Positions 9,009-19,923 of a DNA stretch of 64,000 nt are shown here, in pieces (the stretch's first letter is position 1; the number at the start of each line of letters is the position of its first letter). The stretch lies in the NCBI GenBank assembly GCA_965224245.1, contig OZ245046.1, positions 256,001 through 320,000 of the forward strand. Direction: 5' to 3'. A program made the position numbers and the translations under genes. The stretch comes from Candidatus Eiseniibacteriota bacterium (GTDB taxonomy: Bacteria > Eisenbacteria > RBG-16-71-46 > CAZAMP01). The notes below the pieces were generated by a model. It was given only the letters and a program-made list of their open reading frames with translations. It was not told where the DNA came from and searched no databases.

Positions 9009-12000
9009 ATGACTGTCGGAGCCCGTTACGCCAGACACATCCTGATCTGGAGCATGAGCGTGATCCCGGCCCTGCCGGCAGGGGCCCGAGCCCAATGCCC
9101 CGAGCCGCTTCTGGTGCTCGAGACGCTGCTGGGCAACGTCGACTTCGGCAGCGAGGTCACGACGCTCGACTTCAACGCCGACGGCTACGACGACATTGCC
9201 GTGGGTGGCCCCGTGACCTGCCTCGAGTGCCCGGACGCGGGCTACGTTCGCCTGTTCTACGGTGGACCCTCGTCCGATGCCCTCGAGGACTTCGCACTGG
9301 CCGGGCAGTATCCCGACGAGGACTTCGGCATCGCGGTCGACGCGGCCGGGGACGTCAACGGCGACGGGTACGACGATCTCGTCGTCGGCGCCCGCAAGGC
9401 ATCGGAAGGCGGGATCAAGGCAGGAAAGGCGTATGTGTTCTTCGGAGGCCCCGATCCCGATCCCACCCCGGACATGGTCCTCATCGGCCCCTGGGCATAC
9501 GCCTTCTTCGGAGACGACGTGGCCGGACTGGGTGACGTCAACGGGGACGGCTACGACGACATCATCGTGGGAGCCCCCGCCGACGACCAGATCATCGACG
9601 ACAATGGGTGGGCGTTCATCTTCTACGGGGGGTCGACTCCGGACACGATCGCCGACATCGAGATCGAGGGCGTGGCGATCGACGACAACTTCGGGACGGC
9701 GGTCGCCTCGGCGGGAGACATCAACGGCGACGGACGTCCCGACGTCATCGTGGGCGCTCCGGGGAACGACGCGTTCGGTGACGAGAACCGCGGCCGTGCG
9801 TACGTCCTCTTCATGGGCAGCCTCGCCGACGAGTTCATCGACGTTCCGTACACCGGGGAGGCCGCGGGCGATCTCTTCGGAGCACGCGTGGAGACGATCG
9901 GTGACCTGAACGACGACGGGTACGACGACGTGATGGTCGGCGCGGCCCGCAACGGATCGCTGATGGAGCTGGCCGGCGCGGTCTACGTGTTCGAGGGCGG
10001 GCCGGGCATTCCCGATGGCGACGTCGACCTCGTCTTGCGCGGGACGGAACCTCAGGAGACCTTCGGCGTCACGCTGGCGAATGTCGGGGATCTCACCGGG
10101 GACGGCTTCGACGAGATCGCTGTCGGATCCCTCTGGGGGACGTACGCGGGGCGCGTGTATCTCTTTCGCGGCGGGCCGGACGCGGATGCGACCGCTGACC
10201 TCGTGCTCGACGGGGGCGGCCAGTTCGACTACTTCGGCAACGACCTCGGGCGATCCGCGGACTTCGACGACGACGGGAAGCTCGAGCTCGTCGTGGGCGC
10301 GTCCGGGGAGAACCGGGTCTACGTCTACGACGACGGCCTGCTCACGGACTGCAACGAGAACCTCGTTCCCGATCGGTGCGACATCGCGGGAGGAACCTCT
10401 CTCGACTGCAACGACAACGACGTTCCGGACGAGTGTGAGACCGACTGCAACGAGAACGGCGTGCCCGACGACTGCGACATCGCCGATGGCACCTCCGAGG
10501 ACTGCAACCTCGATGCGGTTCCCGACGAGTGTCAGGCCGACTGCGACGGCAACGGGATTCCCGACGACTGCGACATCGCCGGCGGTGCGCCCGATTGCGA
10601 CGCCAATGGCGTGCTCGATGCGTGCGACATTCTGGACGGCGCCCCCGACTGCAACGCGAACGGCGTGCCGGACCTCTGTGACGTGCACCCGAGCATCACG
10701 GTGACCGCGGATGCTCCAGACGAGGAGCTGGGGACATCGGTGGCGTTTGCCGGCGATCTCGACGGAGATGGCTCGACGACGTCGCCATCGGCGTTCCGGG
10801 AGCCGACGGCGCCGGTGTGGACGCCGGCGAGGTGCTCGTGCTCTTCGGCGGCCCGGGCGCGGATGGCATCGCCGATCTCGTGCTTCCGGGAGCCGCTTCG
10901 GGCGACGCGTTCGGTGCGGCGGTCGCCGGTGCCGGAGACGTGAACGCGGACGGGTTCGACGATCTCGTCGTCGGCGCGCCGGGCTCCAGTGCGAGTGGGC
11001 TCGACAGCGGCGTTGCCTACCTGTTTCTCGGCGGCGATCCGATGGATCCGGTTGCGGACCGGAGCTTCGTGAGAGCGAGCGGCGACCGGCTGGGCAGCGC
11101 CGTCGCCGGTGCCGACGTCGACGACGACGGCTTCTCCGACCTGATCGTCGGCGCGCCGGCCGACGATCCCGTACGCCGCGGCCGGGTCCTCCTGTACCGC
11201 GGCGGCCCGGGCGTACCGGACGGCACGCACGATCAGATGCTCGAGGGAACGATGGATGGTGACCGTTTCGGCGCGGCCGTCGCCGCGGTCGGTGACGCCG
11301 ATGGGGACGGCTACGTGGATGTCCTCGTGGGCGCGCCGGGCTGGAACGGCATGGGCTTCGAGACCGGACGGGCGTCGCTCTACGTCGGGCGACCGTCCGG
11401 CCAACTCGTGCTGGCGGGGCACTTCAACGGACAGCTGGCGGGGGATCGCTTCGGGGCCACGGTGGCCGGGGCAGGGGACGTGAACGCCGACGGCTTCGAC
11501 GATCTCCTGGTCGGTGCACCGGACAGGTCGACGTTTCAGCCGCGCTCCGGGCGCGTGTACCTGTACCACGGCGCGCCGTTCGTGGACGGCGGCATCGACG
11601 CGCAGTTCACCGGACAGGCCGCGCACGCGCGCCTGGGGGTGGCGGCGACCGGGGCGGGGGACCTCGATGGCGACGGGTTCGGCGACGTCGTGATCGGCGC
11701 AGAGCGGTCCTCTTCGCTCGAGGGGGCCGTGTTCGTCTACTTCGGCGAAGCGTGGACCGACGAGAGTCCCGACCGCGTGGTCCTCGGGACCACCGCCGAC
11801 GACCGACTGGGGGCGGCGCTCGGTGCCGGCGCCGACTTCGACGCGGACGGCGTGATGGACATCCTCCTCGGCGCACCCGGACAGGGGCTCGGAGGGGAGG
11901 TCATCATCGCCGACGTGACCAGTGCGTTCGAGGATTGCAACGACAACGGTGTCGGTGATGCCTGCGACATTGCCGACGGGACGTCTCTGGACGAGAACGG

Positions 12001-12331
12001 CAACGGCATTCCCGACGAGTGCGAGCCCCTCGGCGCCCCGGTCGTATCGCCGACCGCCATCACCCTGTCCGCCGTGACTCCGAGCCCCACGATCGGCGAG
12101 GCTCGACTCGAGCTTCGTCTCTCTCGCACGGCACCGGTCGAGCTGACCATCTTCGACGCCCGAGGGCGGTCGGTGGCGGTGCTCCACGACGGGGTCCTGG
12201 TCGCGGGCAGCCACACCTTCCGCTGGTCAGGTCGGTCGCGCTCCGGAGCCCCGGTCGGTCCCGGCGTGTATTACTTCCGGTTGACCGCGGCGGACCGCAC
12301 GTGGACGCGCCAGCTGCTCCGGATCCGCTGA
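9009..12331 (+). CDS. FG-GAP (integrin-alpha beta-propeller) repeat protein with DCNxNGxPDxCD repeats and C-terminal sorting domain; frameshifted near 10772
   Basis: Many GDVNGDGYDDxxVGA repeats; ORFs 8979-10943 and 10817-12331 join if one base is restored at GGC^TC GAC GAC (GDLDGDG-x-DDVAIGVPG); C-terminus IFDARGR..PGVYYFRL. Confidence 0.85.
10347..10683 (+). repeat. Asp/Cys-rich DCNxNGxPDxCD repeats (putative Ca-binding linker)
   Basis: About seven copies, e.g. DCNENGVPDDCD, DCDGNGIPDDCD, DCNANGVPDLCD, between the two FG-GAP blocks. Confidence 0.8.
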
Positions 12332-12538
12332 TTCGCGAACGCCCGACGGAACGAAACGAAGCGGGGTTCGATGGTGGCGTTTCGCGATTGAAACCGATGA
12401 CGTGATGCCGAAGCGGGGCGAACCGTCGTTCAGGCAACGCCGAGTTGACTCCGCGAGTCCCCACGCCACACACTGCATCGCGCCTCGAGCCTTTCCGTGA
12501 TCACGCTCACGCGATCTGGATGTGCCATTGGAGGAGTG

Positions 12539-13084
12539 ATGAAGCCGTACGTTGCGCCGGGTGTCGTCGTCGTCCTGTCACTGATGAGCGGCATCGTGCT
12601 CGCGAAGCCGCAAGGCGATCTGATCGCCGAGGGAGAGCGTCTCGTTCACGTTCTCGACTGCAACATCTGCCACTCACCGAAGGTCTTCACCGAGCAAGGC
12701 CCGGTGCCGGACACGAGCCGGCTTCTGTCCGGTCATCCGGCCGGGGATCCGATGCCGGAGATCCCCTCGGGACTGGTCGGTCCGGAGGGCTGGGGTGGCC
12801 TCTTCAACAATCACATGACGGCATGGGCCGGGCCCTGGGGTGTGAGCTTCGCGTTCAATCTCACCCCCGACGAGGAGACCGGCATCGGAGTCTGGACCGA
12901 GGAGATGTTCGTCGGGTCCATTCGCAACGGAAAGCACATGAGCGTCGGACGTCCCGTGTTGCCGCCGATGCCGTGGCCCGCCTACTCGCGACTCACCGAC
13001 GAGGAGCTCAGGGCCATCTTCGCGTACCTGAAGTCGGTCCCGCCGATCAAGAACAAGGTGCCGGACCCCGTCGCGCCGCAGTGA
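12539..13084 (+). CDS. periplasmic c-type cytochrome
   Basis: Signal peptide; CNICH heme motif; NLTPDEETGIGVWT and PPMPW (axial Met) motifs; RBS GGAGGAG. Confidence 0.88.
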   Translation: MKPYVAPGVVVVLSLMSGIVLAKPQGDLIAEGERLVHVLDCNICHSPKVFTEQGPVPDTSRLLSGHPAGDPMPEIPSGLVGPEGWGGLFNNHMTAWAGPWGVSFAFNLTPDEETGIGVWTEEMFVGSIRNGKHMSVGRPVLPPMPWPAYSRLTDEELRAIFAYLKSVPPIKNKVPDPVAPQ

Positions 13085-13117
13085 GCCCCTCGACCACGAT
13101 CCCCATCCGATAAACGA

Positions 13118-13150
13118 GGAGGCCGAGCGCAGGCGCTGCGCTCGGCCTCC
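13118..13150. terminator. bidirectional hairpin between convergent genes
   Basis: GGAGGCCGAGCGCAG-GCG-CTGCGCTCGGCCTCC. Confidence 0.7.
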
Positions 13151-13182
13151 CCGCAGGTTTGGACCGCTTCGTCCGACGTCGC

Positions 13183-15660
13183 TTATCGCGTCACGACGAG
13201 CTGCTTCGAGAGCGACGCGCCGTTGGCCTCGAGCCGTGCGTAGTACACGCCCGGCGTGAGGTCCGTCACGTCGACCTGCACGTTGTCCACGATCTTGTCG
13301 GCATGGCGATCGGCCAGCATGCGAACCAGACGCCCCGACACGTCGTAGAGGCCGAGACGGATGTGACCCTCCTTGCGAAGCGCGAAGCGGATCGTGGCCT
13401 GCTGCGCGACGGGATTGCCGAGAACCCGCATGGTCAACGGCTGGATCACCGGGTTCGCCGAGCCTACCGCCACCGGATCCAGGCCCGAGATGTCGAGCTC
13501 CCACATGCCGCGACCGTGCGTGGCCACGCGAAGGAAGCGGCCGGTTTCGTGGAGCCGGATGTCGTCCACGACCACGTGCGGCAGTCCCACGTTCAGCGGG
13601 ATCCACGAGCTTCCGGCGCCGAACGACACGTATACCGCGAGGTCGCTACCGACGAAGTACCAGTTCGGATTGGACGGGTCGATCGCGATCGAGTTCATGG
13701 GCTCGTCCGGGAGACCGGCATCGATCGGGGTCCACGTCATGGCCTGATCGGTCGTCTTCTGCATCTGGGGGATGCCGGGGTTGTACGTGGAGAGCGTCAC
13801 CACGAACGTGTTCGGATCGGTCGGATGACAGTAGACGTCGCTGATCGAGCCACCAGAGGCGAGCCCGTTCGTGCGGTCTTCCCAGGTCGCGCCACCGTCT
13901 GTGGAGACGTACACGCGTGTCGAGGTCGTCACCACCAGGACCTGCGGGTTGTCGCGACACTGGTGAATGGACCTCGCCGACCCGGAGATGGTTCCGATGG
14001 AGCTCCACGACGTCCCACGGTTGGTGGTCTTGTAGATGTTCGTGTTGTGGACGGCGTAGAGCGTCTGGGGATTGGCGAAGTCCATGTGGGTCGGGGTCTC
14101 CCACGGACCGGCCTCGGTGATCCCGCTCATGATCTGATTCATCCCGGGGCCGCCGGTGAGGCTTCGGTAGTGCTCGCCGAACTGGATCTCGGCGTACACG
14201 ACATCCGCGTCGTTGTAGTCGATCTCGCACTGGAAGCCGTCGGCGCCGAGGATGCGCGTGTGGTTGAGCGTGCCACTGTAGCGCCAGGTCCCGTTGTCCT
14301 GGGTGCCACCGACCGCACGCGTCGGCAGCGTGACCGAGTGGTTCATCGCGTAGTACTGCAGCGTGGTGAGCCCGCTGTTCCGGCTGCCGAACGTCTCGCC
14401 CGAGTTGATGCTGCGGTAGACGCCGCCGTCGGTTCCGACCCACATGATGTCCGGGTTCACCGGATCCCAGAACGTCGCGTGATGATCCACGTGAACGTTG
14501 CCCGCGATCGTGCTGAACGAGGACCCGCCGTTGGTCGAGCGATGGAGCTCGATGCCGCCCGACCACACGCGGTTGGCGTTCTGGGGATCCACGGAGATCG
14601 TGAGGTTGTACCAGCCCTGCGGGCCGTAGTGGCTGCCCCCGAAGACCTGCGAGAAGCTCGTGCCACCGTTGGTGGACTTCCAGATCCCCAGCATCGAGCC
14701 GTTGCCGTCGATGGCCCAGTAGATGACCTCGGGATTGGCGTCGGTGAGCGCGAAGCGCATGTTGCCGAGGTTCGTGGTGGGGGTTCCAAGGGTCACGAGC
14801 GACCACGTGGCGCCGTCGTCGTTCGAGACGTGGAAGCCGACGCCGCGTCGACACGCGAACATCGTGGAGCTCGAGCCCCGCTTCAGCTCGACGTCCCGCC
14901 AGGAGCCCGGCTCGATCAGGTCCCAGTTGTCGCCACCGTCGGTGGAGCGGTAGAGACCGTTCTCCTGGGCCACCACGAGCGTTCCCGTCGTCGGGTTGTG
15001 CTCGATCTCGAACTGGTCGCGGCCCTGGGACATGTCGTAGCTGAGGCCCGTCATCGACCAGGTCGCGCCCGCGTCCTCGGAGACGAGCAGGCCCACCCCG
15101 TGCACGGCGTCGATGTTGTTCCAGCCCTCGCCGGTCGCGATCCAGATGCGGTCGGGATTGTTGACGTCGATCTCAATAGCGCTGATCGCCAGCGTGGGCA
15201 GGAAGTCGTCGAGCGGCGCCCACGTGACCCCGGTATCGGTCGACTTCCAGATGCCACCGCTGGCGAAGCCGGCGTACACGACGTCAGAGTTGGACGGATC
15301 GACCTCGATCGCCAGGCAGCGACCGGCGACGTTGGTGGGACCGAGCGTGAACCACGTCGCACCGACCCGTCCCGTCTCCCGGACCATGTCCTGGAGCTGC
15401 TGGAAGGCCTCCCAGCGGGCTCCCGGCCTCATGTTGCCGTCGGCATCCAGACGCGGCTCGGTGAACCACTTGTAGCGCATGTAGGGCTTGAAGCCCGTGC
15501 CCGAGGTCTGGACCTCCGAGGGGAACTTCCCGATGAACTCCGCGTACTTGGCGTCCATCCGATCGAAGTACTCTCGGATCGTTTCCTGGGCGGCGAGCCT
15601 CCCGGGCGCGAGTGCAAGTGCGAACCCGATGAGTGTGATCGCGGTGGCGCTACGGAGCAT
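13183..15660 (-). CDS. BNR/Asp-box (VPS10-like) beta-propeller protein with C-terminal sorting domain
   Basis: Repeated SxDxGxTW, HVDHH, GGTQDNG, ATHGRGMW; signal peptide; C-terminus YDVSGRLVR..PGVYYARL. Confidence 0.9.
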   Translation of the reverse strand: MLRSATAITLIGFALALAPGRLAAQETIREYFDRMDAKYAEFIGKFPSEVQTSGTGFKPYMRYKWFTEPRLDADGNMRPGARWEAFQQLQDMVRETGRVGATWFTLGPTNVAGRCLAIEVDPSNSDVVYAGFASGGIWKSTDTGVTWAPLDDFLPTLAISAIEIDVNNPDRIWIATGEGWNNIDAVHGVGLLVSEDAGATWSMTGLSYDMSQGRDQFEIEHNPTTGTLVVAQENGLYRSTDGGDNWDLIEPGSWRDVELKRGSSSTMFACRRGVGFHVSNDDGATWSLVTLGTPTTNLGNMRFALTDANPEVIYWAIDGNGSMLGIWKSTNGGTSFSQVFGGSHYGPQGWYNLTISVDPQNANRVWSGGIELHRSTNGGSSFSTIAGNVHVDHHATFWDPVNPDIMWVGTDGGVYRSINSGETFGSRNSGLTTLQYYAMNHSVTLPTRAVGGTQDNGTWRYSGTLNHTRILGADGFQCEIDYNDADVVYAEIQFGEHYRSLTGGPGMNQIMSGITEAGPWETPTHMDFANPQTLYAVHNTNIYKTTNRGTSWSSIGTISGSARSIHQCRDNPQVLVVTTSTRVYVSTDGGATWEDRTNGLASGGSISDVYCHPTDPNTFVVTLSTYNPGIPQMQKTTDQAMTWTPIDAGLPDEPMNSIAIDPSNPNWYFVGSDLAVYVSFGAGSSWIPLNVGLPHVVVDDIRLHETGRFLRVATHGRGMWELDISGLDPVAVGSANPVIQPLTMRVLGNPVAQQATIRFALRKEGHIRLGLYDVSGRLVRMLADRHADKIVDNVQVDVTDLTPGVYYARLEANGASLSKQLVVTR

Positions 15661-15992
15661 AGATTGCCTCCATCCTTCGAGAGCTGGAAGTGGCCCGATG
15701 AGGGGTCCCTCCCGAAGGACGGCCGGCTAACCCCGTATACGAGCTCGGATCGAAAGTGATTGACGATCGAAGCATTGTATCAGAGATACCCTCGATGTGA
15801 GAGGCCACGTTGGGGGATGGTGGAGAACGCCACCTGCATAGAAACCGTTTGTCCAGGTTTTGCGCCGCTGGTTCACTTCTCACGCGATGCGCGCCGCGCT
15901 CGATCGAGATTTGGGGTGCATGCAAGGACGCCGCTCCGCCGGGGCACGTAGCCGCCCTGAGTGCGACGCGTTCGGGAGGGTCCTCGGCTCGC

Positions 15993-17654
15993 CTACACGG
16001 TCTCGAGGTACCGGTGGATCATGCTGATCGACGCGGAGCCCTGTCCCACCGCCGTGGCCACGCGCCGGACCGCGCCGTGACACACGTCGCCCGCCGCGAA
16101 GATGCCGGGGACGCTGGACTCCAGGAGGAACGGGTCACGCCCCAGCCTCCAGCCGCGGGGGCGCCGGCCGTCTCGAAACAGATCGGGCCCCGTGAGGACG
16201 AAGCCGTCCGGGTCCTGCTCGACCAGGTCCGCGACGAAGCCGGCGTTCGGAACGGCTCCGACGAAGATGAACACGGCGTCCGCCGACATCGTCTCTTCCT
16301 CGGAGGTCGCCGCACACCGGACCGTGATCGATTCCAGCCGATCGGTTCCCTCGACCGCGACGACCTCGCTCTGCACGAGGACGTCGATGTTCCCCGTCCC
16401 GCCGATCTGATCGATCAGGTAGCGCGCCATGCTCTTCTCGAGCGACTCTCCCCGGACCACCATCGTGACCCTGGACGCGAATCGCGAGAGGAAGAGGGCT
16501 CCCTGTCCGGCCGAGTTGGCGCCCCCGACGACGAACACATGGCCGCCTCGGTAGTGCGCGGCCTCGGTGTTCGTGGCACCGTAGTACACCGATGCGCCGG
16601 TGAGACGATCGATGCCGGTCGCATCCAGCCTTCGGACGCGAACGCCAGTCGCGATCAGCAGCGCGTGGCAGCTCACGTCGGAGCCGTCGGCGAGCGTGAC
16701 GATTCGATAGGAGTCTTCCACTCGCACCCCGGTGACCTCCTGGGCCGTCACGATCTCCGCCCCCAGTCGCTTGGCCTGCGCGGTGGCCCGGCGTGCCAGG
16801 TCGGCGCCGCTGAGCCCGCGGGGAAAGCCGAGGTAGTTCTCGATGCGCGCGCTCGTGCCTGCCTGCCCCCCGGTCGCATCCTTCTCGATCACCAGCGTCC
16901 GCAGACCTTCAGACGCGCCGTAGACGGCGGCCGCCAGGCCGGCCGGTCCGGCGCCGGCGATGATCAGGTCGTAGAACGGGAGCTTCCCCCGGGTCTGTAG
17001 CCCCAGTCTCTCGGCCAGGACCCGGGAGTCGGGGTCGACGAGCGAGCTTCCGTCGGGGAAGAACACGATCGGGAACGTGGGGCGGTCCAGGCCGAGGGTG
17101 GCGAGCAGCTCCTTCGCCTCGGGGTTCTTCTCTACGTCCAGCCACTGGTAGGGGATCTGATTGCGGGCCAGAAAGTCCTTCGCGTTGTGACAACGGGCCG
17201 ACCACTGGGTGCCGGCCACCCGGATCCCGTCGTAGGGGACCGGGACCGAGGCCTGCCAGTCGCTCAGCAGATCGTCCAGCACCGGATAGAGATGCTCCTC
17301 GGGCGGGTCCCACGGCTTCATCAGGTAGTGATCGAGGCCGACCCGGTTGATGCTGGCGATCGCGGCGTCGGTGTCCGCGTACGCCGTGAGAAGCACCTTG
17401 CGCGCGTCCGGATACAGCTTGGAGGCGTGCTCCAGGAACTGGGTCCCCGTCATCTCGGGCATGCGCTGATCGACCAGGAACAGCGCGATCGGGGTGTTTC
17501 GCTGCTTGAGCTTGCGGACCACCTCCAGCGCTTCCGGCGCGGAGCCGGCCTTGGCGATCCGGTATCCGGCACGGTAGTGCGCGCGCAGGTCCCGCTCGAC
17601 CGCGTTCAGGACCTGTGGCTCGTCATCCACGAGCAGCAAGACGGGTTTCGTCAC
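15993..17654 (-). CDS. response regulator receiver / glutaredoxin-like / thioredoxin reductase-like fusion
   Basis: GTG start overlaps upstream stop (GTGA); LLVDDE..DQRMP..KPW receiver; WSARC Grx-like segment; GAGPAG, IENYLGFP, VVGGANSA, FAAGD; TrxR CxxC replaced by YYGATNTE. Confidence 0.9.
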   Translation of the reverse strand: MTKPVLLLVDDEPQVLNAVERDLRAHYRAGYRIAKAGSAPEALEVVRKLKQRNTPIALFLVDQRMPEMTGTQFLEHASKLYPDARKVLLTAYADTDAAIASINRVGLDHYLMKPWDPPEEHLYPVLDDLLSDWQASVPVPYDGIRVAGTQWSARCHNAKDFLARNQIPYQWLDVEKNPEAKELLATLGLDRPTFPIVFFPDGSSLVDPDSRVLAERLGLQTRGKLPFYDLIIAGAGPAGLAAAVYGASEGLRTLVIEKDATGGQAGTSARIENYLGFPRGLSGADLARRATAQAKRLGAEIVTAQEVTGVRVEDSYRIVTLADGSDVSCHALLIATGVRVRRLDATGIDRLTGASVYYGATNTEAAHYRGGHVFVVGGANSAGQGALFLSRFASRVTMVVRGESLEKSMARYLIDQIGGTGNIDVLVQSEVVAVEGTDRLESITVRCAATSEEETMSADAVFIFVGAVPNAGFVADLVEQDPDGFVLTGPDLFRDGRRPRGWRLGRDPFLLESSVPGIFAAGDVCHGAVRRVATAVGQGSASISMIHRYLETV

Positions 17655-19903
17655 GACTGGTTGTCCCCTCCGGCCGCCGGCTCCTCCACGGAGAGCTGCA
17701 GCGGCAGACGAATCGAGAAGCAGGTTCTCCCGGGCGCCGACGACACCGAGATCTCGCCCCGGTGTCGGTGCACGACGAGGTTGCGGCTGATGTTGAGCCC
17801 CAGACCGGTACCTTCGCCCGGAGGCTTGGTGGTGAAGAAGGGATCGAAGATGTCGCTCTGGATCTCCTCGGGGATTCCGTTCCCATCGTCCTCGATCTCG
17901 ACCACGACCCACGAGGCTTCCGTACGTGTCCGAAGGACGAGAGTTCCCCGGCCTCCCATGGCGTCGATCGCGTTGTCGATGATGTTGGTCCAAACCTGGT
18001 TCAGCTCGCTTCCGTGGGCCTCGATGGCCGGTAGATCCTCCGCGTACTCCCGCCTGACCGTGATCCCGCCCCTCAGCTTGCTCCGGAGAATGACCAGCGT
18101 GTTGTCGAGGCCCTCGTGCACGTCCACCGACTGGATCGGCGCCTGGTCCATGTAGCTGTATGCCTTGAGCGCCTTGACGATCTCGGTGATGCGCCCCGTG
18201 CCCAGACCGATCGCGCCGAGCAGACTGTAGATCGTGTGGGTGCAGCCGACCCACTCGAGCAGCACGGGGAGCTGATCCGGCGTGCACTGCTTCTCGAGCT
18301 CCGAGAGCTCCTGCACGTCGTAGCCGAGGCTCACCAGGGCGGGTGCCAGGGTCCAGGCATCATCGACGTTGCGCTGTTCCAGCCACGTCTCCAGCGCCGA
18401 CTCGTCGTCGGCCCGGGTCAGAGCGTCCTGCGTGAGGGTGCTCTCGGCGCGCTCACGGGCTCGACGGTCCAGGGCCGTGAAGGTGCCGACCGGATCTCCA
18501 CCGATCTTAGACGGATCCAGTCTCAGGTGTGCGTCCTGGAGCTGCCTGAACACCGTTTGGAGCTGAACGGCTCCTCGCTGGGCGGCCGCCGCCGGGTTGT
18601 TCAGCTCGTGGGCCATTCCCGCGCTGAGCCTTCCCAGCGAGACCAGCTTCTCTTGCAGGATCAGCTGGTTCTGAGTCTCCCCGAGCTGCCGCAGCGTGCT
18701 CTCGAGGGCTTCGTTCTTCCGCCGCAGCTCCCTGGCGCTCTCGCGGAGCGCCTGCTCGCTCTTGCGCAAGGCCTCCTCGGCCTGCTTGCGCTCGCGGATG
18801 TCGCGGATGATTCCGGTGTAGTAGCGGTCGTCCTTCACCGTCCACGTCGAGAGCGACAGCTCGATCGGGAGCTCTTCTCCGCTGGCCGCGCGCGCGAACA
18901 GCTCCACGGTGGTGCCGATGACCCGGCTCTCTCCACCGGCCGTGACACGGTCCATTCCGGTGCGGTGCGCGTCGTGGAATCGGTGAGGAATGATCAGCTC
19001 GAGCGGCTGGCCGATCGCGTCCTCGGCGGAGTATCCGAGTATCCGGGTCGCCGCGTTGTTCCAGCTGACGATGACTCCCCGTTGATCCGCCGAGATGATG
19101 GCGTCGATCGCCGCCTCGGTGACCGATCTGAACTTCTGCTCCGCCTGCTTGCGCTCGCTGATGTCGCGGATGATTCCGGTGTAGTAGCGCTCGTCGTGCA
19201 GAAACCAGGTCGCCAGCGACAGCTCCACCGGGAACTCGCTTCCGTCCTTCCTCACCGCGGCGAGCTCGACGGTCTTTCCGATCACGTTGCTCGCCCCTCC
19301 CGAGCTCACCCGGCGCACGCCGGCGCGGTGCTGCTCCCGGAACCGGTCGGGGATGATCAGGTCGATCGGCTTACCGATCACCTCGTCCTCGGTGAAGCCG
19401 AACAGCGCCACGGCCGCGCTGTTCCACGATCGAATGTTGCCACGGGAGTCACCGGAGATGATGGCATCGATCGCGGATTCCATCACCGATCGGAACTTCG
19501 CCTCCGATTCGCTGAGCGCCGCCCGCACCTTGGAGACCGTGACCTGACGCTCGACCCGGGCCAGCACCTCTCTGGCCTCGAAGGGCTTGGTGATGAGGTC
19601 GTCGCCCAGCTCGACGCACTTCACCCTCGACTCGGGATCGTCGGCGAGCGGCATCAGGATGACCGGGATGTACTGGGTCCTCGGATCTCGCTTGAGCCGC
19701 TCGCACAGGGCGAACGAGTCGAGGTCGGGAAGGTCGACACCCTGGAGCACGACGTTGGGGTTCACGTCGATGATGCGCTCGAACGCGCCGTCTCCACCGG
19801 TGGCCGTGTCCACGTGGTAGGCGCTGTCGCGCAGGAGCGTCCCGAGCACGCTCACGCTCTCCGGATCGGAATCCAGGATGTAGACGTGTCCTCGGTCAGG
19901 CAC
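17651..19903 (-). CDS. hybrid sensor histidine kinase (REC-PAS-PAS-HisKA-HATPase)
   Basis: AHELNNP H-box; NQVWTNIIDNA, DDGNGI, FDPFFTTK, GTGLGL; two similar PAS/PAC domains. Confidence 0.93.
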   Translation of the reverse strand: MPDRGHVYILDSDPESVSVLGTLLRDSAYHVDTATGGDGAFERIIDVNPNVVLQGVDLPDLDSFALCERLKRDPRTQYIPVILMPLADDPESRVKCVELGDDLITKPFEAREVLARVERQVTVSKVRAALSESEAKFRSVMESAIDAIISGDSRGNIRSWNSAAVALFGFTEDEVIGKPIDLIIPDRFREQHRAGVRRVSSGGASNVIGKTVELAAVRKDGSEFPVELSLATWFLHDERYYTGIIRDISERKQAEQKFRSVTEAAIDAIISADQRGVIVSWNNAATRILGYSAEDAIGQPLELIIPHRFHDAHRTGMDRVTAGGESRVIGTTVELFARAASGEELPIELSLSTWTVKDDRYYTGIIRDIRERKQAEEALRKSEQALRESARELRRKNEALESTLRQLGETQNQLILQEKLVSLGRLSAGMAHELNNPAAAAQRGAVQLQTVFRQLQDAHLRLDPSKIGGDPVGTFTALDRRARERAESTLTQDALTRADDESALETWLEQRNVDDAWTLAPALVSLGYDVQELSELEKQCTPDQLPVLLEWVGCTHTIYSLLGAIGLGTGRITEIVKALKAYSYMDQAPIQSVDVHEGLDNTLVILRSKLRGGITVRREYAEDLPAIEAHGSELNQVWTNIIDNAIDAMGGRGTLVLRTRTEASWVVVEIEDDGNGIPEEIQSDIFDPFFTTKPPGEGTGLGLNISRNLVVHRHRGEISVSSAPGRTCFSIRLPLQLSVEEPAAGGDNQS

Positions 19904-19923
19904 CCGAGTCGCCTCCCTGCCCG

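Noticed and set aside
15785-15797. GATACCCTCGATG also present at 51481-51493
   Set aside because: A 13-bp match is expected by chance in 64 kb and the flanks do not align.
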